DNA of 64,000 bases, taken from Gammaproteobacteria bacterium (GTDB lineage Bacteria > Pseudomonadota > Gammaproteobacteria > G965209235). The translations under genes and the position numbers were made by a program. The notes beneath the pieces are model-generated. The model saw only the letters and a list, made by a program, of their open reading frames with translations. It ran no database searches and had not been told where the DNA came from. The first letter of the stretch is position 1. Each line of letters begins with the position of its first letter. The stretch is from NCBI GenBank assembly GCA_965209235.1, contig OZ242382.1:490403-554402 (forward strand), read 5' to 3'. Shown piece after piece: positions 59,204 to 64,000 of this stretch.

Positions 59204-60241
59204 CTACTTGCCGAGCCCGATGGTGAATTTATACCGCACGCCCACTCCAATCGTTGAACTCGACTCAGAGGGCTCATCTGATTCGTGACGGTTGCAGTGC
59301 GCGTACCAGTTTCCTTTCTTGGTGATGTTGTGGGTGTAGACGACCGAAACAGACGTGCCATCGCGACTTTGCATCACGCTTCCGTCTTGGTTTAGCAGGG
59401 CATCGCGATTCACTGTGAGGTATTGACCACCAATGCTGTGCGCGCCCCAGTTGTACTTCACACTCACGCCGTAGCCGGTTTCGTCATCGCCTGACACTTC
59501 GGCATCCTGTGTCGCGTGCAAGATCACGCCAACCGTGACCGGCGACTTAAATGAGAAAAAGACTCGCTGCCCATCGCGACCAAAGACGTTGCTGTTGAGG
59601 GAGCCTGCGAGTTCAAACCTATCAGTCGACCAACTCACGCTGGATGACACACCTTCTGTCAAAGAGCCTTCCGCTGCAATGATCTGAACGACGTACTTGA
59701 CACCGTACACGCGCGGCGACCGGTAGGAAATCATGCTGTCGGCGCGATTCTCACCTGTCCACACTTGTTTGACGTCCCCTGCCAGACTGCTTGCAACATC
59801 AAACTTGCCTTGTGATTTTTTAAACGGCGTGTCATATTTCCCAATGCGTACCGTTCCCCATGCGCCCGCAATGCCGACAAAACTGTTGCGCAACGAGCGG
59901 AAAACCTCAGGGTTGCTTTCTCCCGTCTGGTCAATTTGCGCTTCGAATTGGTATTCAAACCTCAGGCCACCCGCACCCCTTTCTGAATGACCTCGCAGCC
60001 CCAGGCGAGAGGAATTGGAGCGTAACGCAAACGCCGAGTCGTCGGCAACCAGTGTGGTGCCGCTAGGTAACGTCCTAACGTTCTCACTGGTATGACGCTG
60101 CGCTTCAAGCCACAGCCGGCCGTACAGCTCTTGAGCGGACACCGGCAGTGCTGCCGCCATGGCCAAGAGAAGGGCTACACAGGGCAGTCGCCGTAGGAAC
60201 GAGAGAGGCATCGTGCCAGCAAAGGTCTTTTCTGATAGCAA
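59204..60241 (-). CDS. Gram-negative porin (Porin_4 family) fused to head of pst operon
   Basis: It has a signal peptide (MPLSFLRRLPCVALLLAMAAALPVSA) and a mature N-terminus QELYGRLWLE typical of the Porin_4 family. Only 3 bp separate it from pstS. The probable start is the ATG at 60211. Confidence 0.7.
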   Translation of the reverse strand: MLSEKTFAGTMPLSFLRRLPCVALLLAMAAALPVSAQELYGRLWLEAQRHTSENVRTLPSGTTLVADDSAFALRSNSSRLGLRGHSERGAGGLRFEYQFEAQIDQTGESNPEVFRSLRNSFVGIAGAWGTVRIGKYDTPFKKSQGKFDVASSLAGDVKQVWTGENRADSMISYRSPRVYGVKYVVQIIAAEGSLTEGVSSSVSWSTDRFELAGSLNSNVFGRDGQRVFFSFKSPVTVGVILHATQDAEVSGDDETGYGVSVKYNWGAHSIGGQYLTVNRDALLNQDGSVMQSRDGTSVSVVYTHNITKKGNWYAHCNRHESDEPSESSSTIGVGVRYKFTIGLGK

Positions 60242-60278
60242 ATTCTCCCACGATTCGGGAGCTGTTTGAGCGACAAAA

Positions 60279-60296
60279 GGTTACGAATTGGTTACC
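60279..60296 (-). promoter_or_regulatory. Direct repeat GTAACC-N5-GTAACC (11-bp periodicity) upstream of porin-pst operon; candidate PhoB site
   Basis: This is the only obvious direct repeat in the 88-bp region between the phoR stop and the porin start. The sequence differs from the E. coli Pho box. Confidence 0.2.
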
Positions 60297-60299
60297 GCT

Positions 60300-61685
60300 T
60301 TACGGTCGCTGCGTCCTCACCCAAAACTCCGATCCACCGTCAATCTTGGCTTCACCACCGACGTCCATGCCAGCGGTTGCGGCGATGGACGAGGCAATCG
60401 GCAATCCCATCCCAGACATCGATCGAGCCGTGAGCACATCATCACCTCCTCTCCACACACCCTCAGCCAATCCCGGTCCGTCATCCCGAACGATCACAAC
60501 CACATGCGCCTGCGTCAACTGCACCGCCACCACCACGTGAGGAGACGGCCCCGCGTGTTTGACGGCATTGGACAGATAGACGCTCAAAATGCGCTTGAGG
60601 GCGATAGCAGGCGCCTCCACCGTCGTAGGCGAAGGCTGTATGTCCAACGTCCCGCCGGCCTCTTCCACATCACCCCGCCATTCGTCGTCGACGGCATGAA
60701 GAATGTCACTCACGTCCGCCATCTCATGCGACGCTGCGCCTTCTTGCAGTTCCAGCAACTCAGAGGCAATCCGTTCGACGCGCATCGTGGCGCGTTGGAG
60801 TCGCGTCACGACAACGCCTGAAGGAAGCCGACCAGTCTCCGCCAATGCGACAGCACTGAGCGTCGCCATGAGCGTGGCTAGCGGCGTTTTGACTTCATGT
60901 GCGATGCGCGCTCGCATGAGATCATCTTGGCGTCGAACGCGCGACTGCGCAGACATGTCCTGAACGATCACCAGGGACTCCTCACCCAGATCCAGCGGCG
61001 TAAACCGCAACTGGCGAGCACCAATATCCACCGTGACCGGCGTCTTCGCTGATGTCACCCGCGCTAACTCCAAACTCCGGCTCAATTCGGTCAGCCGCCG
61101 ATGGCGCCATGGACGACGTACGCCCAGCATCCGGCGCCCTACAGCGTTAATCGATCGCACGACATCATCATGCAGCCGAATCAGCCCCACATCGACGAGC
61201 GCAGCAGCGCGACCAGCCGTCTTGCCAAACGCCTCGCTGCTCGATCGCACGACAGGTGCGGCGCGGCGACGCTGTTGATAGTGCTGACGCCACTGAGCAA
61301 CGATCCCCGGCACCAACCCGAAGAGCGCAAATGCCGCGACCCAAAGCCAACGAACCGCAGCCTCAGGCCGGTGCCCCTGACCGTACAACACGCTGTCCCC
61401 GGCGCCAATCCACACTTCCACCGTGTCTCCACGCCGCAACAACCGCGGCAACACCATCGAGCCCCGATCGTTTGGCACCTCGACCAGCGGCAGCTCTGTC
61501 ACCTGTTCAATAATCGCCACTTCCACGCCGGTGGGAACGCGACTGATATCGACCACGCGCTGAACCGCATGCAATTGCTCCAACCACGCGGCATCCGCTC
61601 GATCGGTGCGATCTTCCGCCCCCACCAGTGCCACAGCGAGCCCAACCACGACAGCTAACCCAAGCCACCCCATGTGTGGATTCAC
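60300..61685 (-). CDS. phoR: Phosphate regulon sensor histidine kinase
   Basis: It has an N-terminal TM helix, an H-box (HEVKTPLATL) and an HATPase domain, and overlaps phoB by 4 bp. Confidence 0.85.
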   Translation of the reverse strand: MNPHMGWLGLAVVVGLAVALVGAEDRTDRADAAWLEQLHAVQRVVDISRVPTGVEVAIIEQVTELPLVEVPNDRGSMVLPRLLRRGDTVEVWIGAGDSVLYGQGHRPEAAVRWLWVAAFALFGLVPGIVAQWRQHYQQRRRAAPVVRSSSEAFGKTAGRAAALVDVGLIRLHDDVVRSINAVGRRMLGVRRPWRHRRLTELSRSLELARVTSAKTPVTVDIGARQLRFTPLDLGEESLVIVQDMSAQSRVRRQDDLMRARIAHEVKTPLATLMATLSAVALAETGRLPSGVVVTRLQRATMRVERIASELLELQEGAASHEMADVSDILHAVDDEWRGDVEEAGGTLDIQPSPTTVEAPAIALKRILSVYLSNAVKHAGPSPHVVVAVQLTQAHVVVIVRDDGPGLAEGVWRGGDDVLTARSMSGMGLPIASSIAATAGMDVGGEAKIDGGSEFWVRTQRP

Positions 61686-62374
61686 GCGTCGGGACGTCTC
61701 AATCTCAAACCACGGCCTGGCACCGTCTCCACAGCATTGCGGTGTACGAGGAGTTTGGCACGTAACCGCGATACGTGAACTTTCAATGCGTTTAGCCCGC
61801 GGATGTCATCGCTACCGAAGAGCTCTTTGGCGAGTTTGTCACGCGGCACGATCCCTGACTGGGCATGCCACAGTGCGCGCATGATGCGCGCCTCAACGCG
61901 CGTCAGAAAGATGTCTTGCTCCCCAATACGCAGTTCACCGGTCTCAGGATTCCATTTCATGTCCTGAAGCACCCACGCCGGAGCAACGCGTTTCAACAGG
62001 CGGCGGCATCGCAAGATGAGCTCTTCCACGTCGTACGGCTTACACATGTAGTCGTCAGCGCCTGCGCGCAAGCCAGCATTCACGTCTTCTTGGCGGGTCA
62101 TCGTGGTTAAGACAATCATCGGCAGATGCTTGGTCACCAAATCACCTCGGATGCGCCGGCACAGGTCCAACCCACTTTGACGCGGCAGCATCACGTCAAT
62201 CAGCATCAAATCTGGCGGCCGGGTGCGCGCCAGCGCCCACCCCATTTCGGCATCGCCCGCACCATCAACCACCCATCCTTCTGCCTCAAGGCAAAGGGCT
62301 GTGATGTCTCGCAGATCATCATCGTCTTCGACCATGATGATGCGCACGGAGTCCCGATGCGAGGGGTCAGCCAC
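61682..62374 (-). CDS. phoB: Phosphate regulon response regulator (OmpR family)
   Basis: It has a receiver domain (IIMVEDDDD...D) and a winged-helix C-terminus. Confidence 0.9.
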   Translation of the reverse strand: MADPSHRDSVRIIMVEDDDDLRDITALCLEAEGWVVDGAGDAEMGWALARTRPPDLMLIDVMLPRQSGLDLCRRIRGDLVTKHLPMIVLTTMTRQEDVNAGLRAGADDYMCKPYDVEELILRCRRLLKRVAPAWVLQDMKWNPETGELRIGEQDIFLTRVEARIMRALWHAQSGIVPRDKLAKELFGSDDIRGLNALKVHVSRLRAKLLVHRNAVETVPGRGLRLRRPDA

Positions 62375-62483
62375 AACGCCATCATCTCACGAACTGACAT
62401 CATTGTCTGCCACCGTCGCCAGAAATGATTGGCCACGCTCGTGACGTGTTTGTAAGATTCCCGGACCCAAAACTGAACAAACC

Positions 62484-63647
62484 GTGTCAAACCATCTCAG
62501 CGAATTCCGCGCAGAAGTGAGGGAGTGGCTCGAAGCCAACGTCCCGCATTCGGTGCGCGGCCCTGCCCCCCATGACTGGGTCATTTGGGGCGGCCGAAAC
62601 CCAACGTGGCCGTCTGAAGACGCCAAAACGTACTTCCACAACATGGCATCACGGGGATACACCGTTCCCGAATGGCCGCGCCAATACGGCGGCGGCGGGC
62701 TCACGCCTGAAGAAGCCGATGTGCTTAACACCGAAATGAGGCGCCTTGGATGCCGTCAAGTGCTACAAAGCTTCGGCGTCTCCATGCTTGGTCCGGTGCT
62801 TCTTGAGTACGGCACGGAAGAGCAAAAAATGGAACACCTCCCGAAAATCGCTCGCGGTGAAATTCGATGGTGCCAAGGTTACAGCGAACCAGGTGCAGGC
62901 TCTGACCTCGCCAGCCTCGCCACCAAGTGCGAAGACAAAGGTGACCACTGGCTCGTCAACGGCCAAAAGATCTGGACCAGCTACGCCGACCAAGCGGACT
63001 GGATTTTCGCGCTGGTGCGTACCGGGCCCATCGAACCCAAGCACCAAGGCATCAGTTTCCTTCTGATGGATATGAAGTCTGAAGGTGTATCCACCAGGCC
63101 GATTCACATGATCAGCGGGTATTCACCGTTTTGCGAAACTTTCTTTGACGACGTCAAGGCTCCGAAAGACAACCTGCTCGGCGATATCGGACAAGGCTGG
63201 ACGATTGCCAAGCGACTGCTGCAATTCGAACGCAACATGATTTCAGGCATGGGTCGAAGCGACATGGGACCCAAGGTCATCGACTTCGCAACGCGATACG
63301 GCGCCAGTCAAGATCCCACGCTTCGTCAAGATTTGGTCAACCATCTCATGCGTGGTGAGGCGTTTGCCAATACCTTGAAGCGGGCGCGCGAAGAGCGCCA
63401 AGGCGCCAGCGCGTTGAGCTCGATGTTCAAGTACGTCGGTACCGAACTCAACAAAGACAAGTACGAACTTCTGATTCGAATCATGGGGATCCGCGCTTTG
63501 GCGTGGGACGGCGAATCCTTTACGGATGACGAGAAACAGCTCACGCGTGCGTGGTTGCGCACGAAGGCGAATAGCATTGAGGGAGGGACCAGTGAAGTCC
63601 AGCTCAATGTGATCGCCAAACGCGTCTTACAACTCCCGACGTCATAA
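62484..63647 (+). CDS. Acyl-CoA dehydrogenase family protein
   Basis: It has the ACAD N-terminal, middle (CQGYSEPGAGSD) and C-terminal domains. Confidence 0.85.
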   Translation: MSNHLSEFRAEVREWLEANVPHSVRGPAPHDWVIWGGRNPTWPSEDAKTYFHNMASRGYTVPEWPRQYGGGGLTPEEADVLNTEMRRLGCRQVLQSFGVSMLGPVLLEYGTEEQKMEHLPKIARGEIRWCQGYSEPGAGSDLASLATKCEDKGDHWLVNGQKIWTSYADQADWIFALVRTGPIEPKHQGISFLLMDMKSEGVSTRPIHMISGYSPFCETFFDDVKAPKDNLLGDIGQGWTIAKRLLQFERNMISGMGRSDMGPKVIDFATRYGASQDPTLRQDLVNHLMRGEAFANTLKRAREERQGASALSSMFKYVGTELNKDKYELLIRIMGIRALAWDGESFTDDEKQLTRAWLRTKANSIEGGTSEVQLNVIAKRVLQLPTS

Positions 63648-63649
63648 CC

Positions 63650-64000
63650 ATGTCGTACTGGAATGAGGATCGGCGGCTCCTACAAGAATCCGCCAAAGCA
63701 CTTCTTCGCGAGAAGGCTCCTGTGAATGCTTTTCGCGCACTGCGTGATGCCGATCAGCCCATGTCTTGGGACCCATCCCTCTGGCGAGAAATGGTCGCTA
63801 TGGGATGGTCCGGCGTGCTCGCATCGGAAGATGCGGGTGGAGCAGGTCTGGCTCCTGCTGATGTGGCCGTGTTGGCGACAGAATGTGGCCGAACTCTTGC
63901 CACATCGCCGCTGATCGCGACGGCCGGTGTGGGCATGGCTGTGGCCAATGCCATGAACCCCAGCGTCTCAGGACGCATCGCCTTGGGTGAGATCACAGTG
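63650..64000 (+). CDS. Acyl-CoA dehydrogenase family protein, N-terminal part (3' end outside window)
   Basis: The ATG at 63650 lies 2 bp after the previous stop. The ACAD N-terminal domain pattern (WREMVAMGWSG) is present. Confidence 0.7.
   Translation, partial: MSYWNEDRRLLQESAKALLREKAPVNAFRALRDADQPMSWDPSLWREMVAMGWSGVLASEDAGGAGLAPADVAVLATECGRTLATSPLIATAGVGMAVANAMNPSVSGRIALGEITV

Noticed and set aside
62375-62483. Pho box upstream of phoB
   Set aside because: The region contains CTGACATCATTGTCTG-like sequence, but I could not fit two 7-bp direct repeats with 11-bp phasing. I leave it as unscored.

Overview
This is a high-GC (~60-63%) proteobacterial chromosomal segment, with gene order reminiscent of gamma-proteobacteria (alaS-lysC-tRNA-Ser, long-form pstC/pstA). 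Core genes lie at both ends. On the left are a uvrB 3' end, purL, a thioredoxin-like protein, two Nudix hydrolases, a gamma-CA-like protein, a dienelactone hydrolase, alaS, lysC and tRNA-Ser(GCU). On the right are topA, an MBL/alkylsulfatase-like protein, an ACE-like M2 peptidase, an H+-pyrophosphatase, nhaC, pyrB, ribE, bfr, an epoxide hydrolase, a nitroreductase, pdxJ, grxD, an amidase, a DUF885-MoxR-VWA trio, a complete Pho locus (porin-pstSCAB-phoU, phoBR) and acyl-CoA dehydrogenases. Two accessory blocks of lower GC (~50-57%) carry expanded paralog families of putative glycan-modifying enzymes. (1) At 5.3-11.3 kb, three translationally coupled genes encode four copies of one ~420-aa GT-A-like DXD domain; two of those copies are fused head-to-tail in a single ORF. 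(2) From the tRNA-Ser onward (17.3-31.7 kb) lies an island-like region. It holds a sterol-desaturase-family hydroxylase, a ~10-TM membrane protein, a GT-C (ArnT/PMT-like) glycosyltransferase, a GT32 pseudogene, three polysaccharide-pyruvyltransferase paralogs and two GT32 (DXD) paralogs. These are arranged around an oppositely oriented bkdA1A2B operon that lacks lpdV. No Wzx/Wzy/Wza/Wzc, ABC exporter, priming transferase or NDP-sugar genes accompany them, so this looks like a non-canonical, lineage-specific surface-glycan modification system. Other notable points are the pst-phoU operon running without a terminator into DUF885-moxR-vwa, a porin gene fused to the head of the pst operon, and a short AT-rich uORF overlapping the H+-PPase start.
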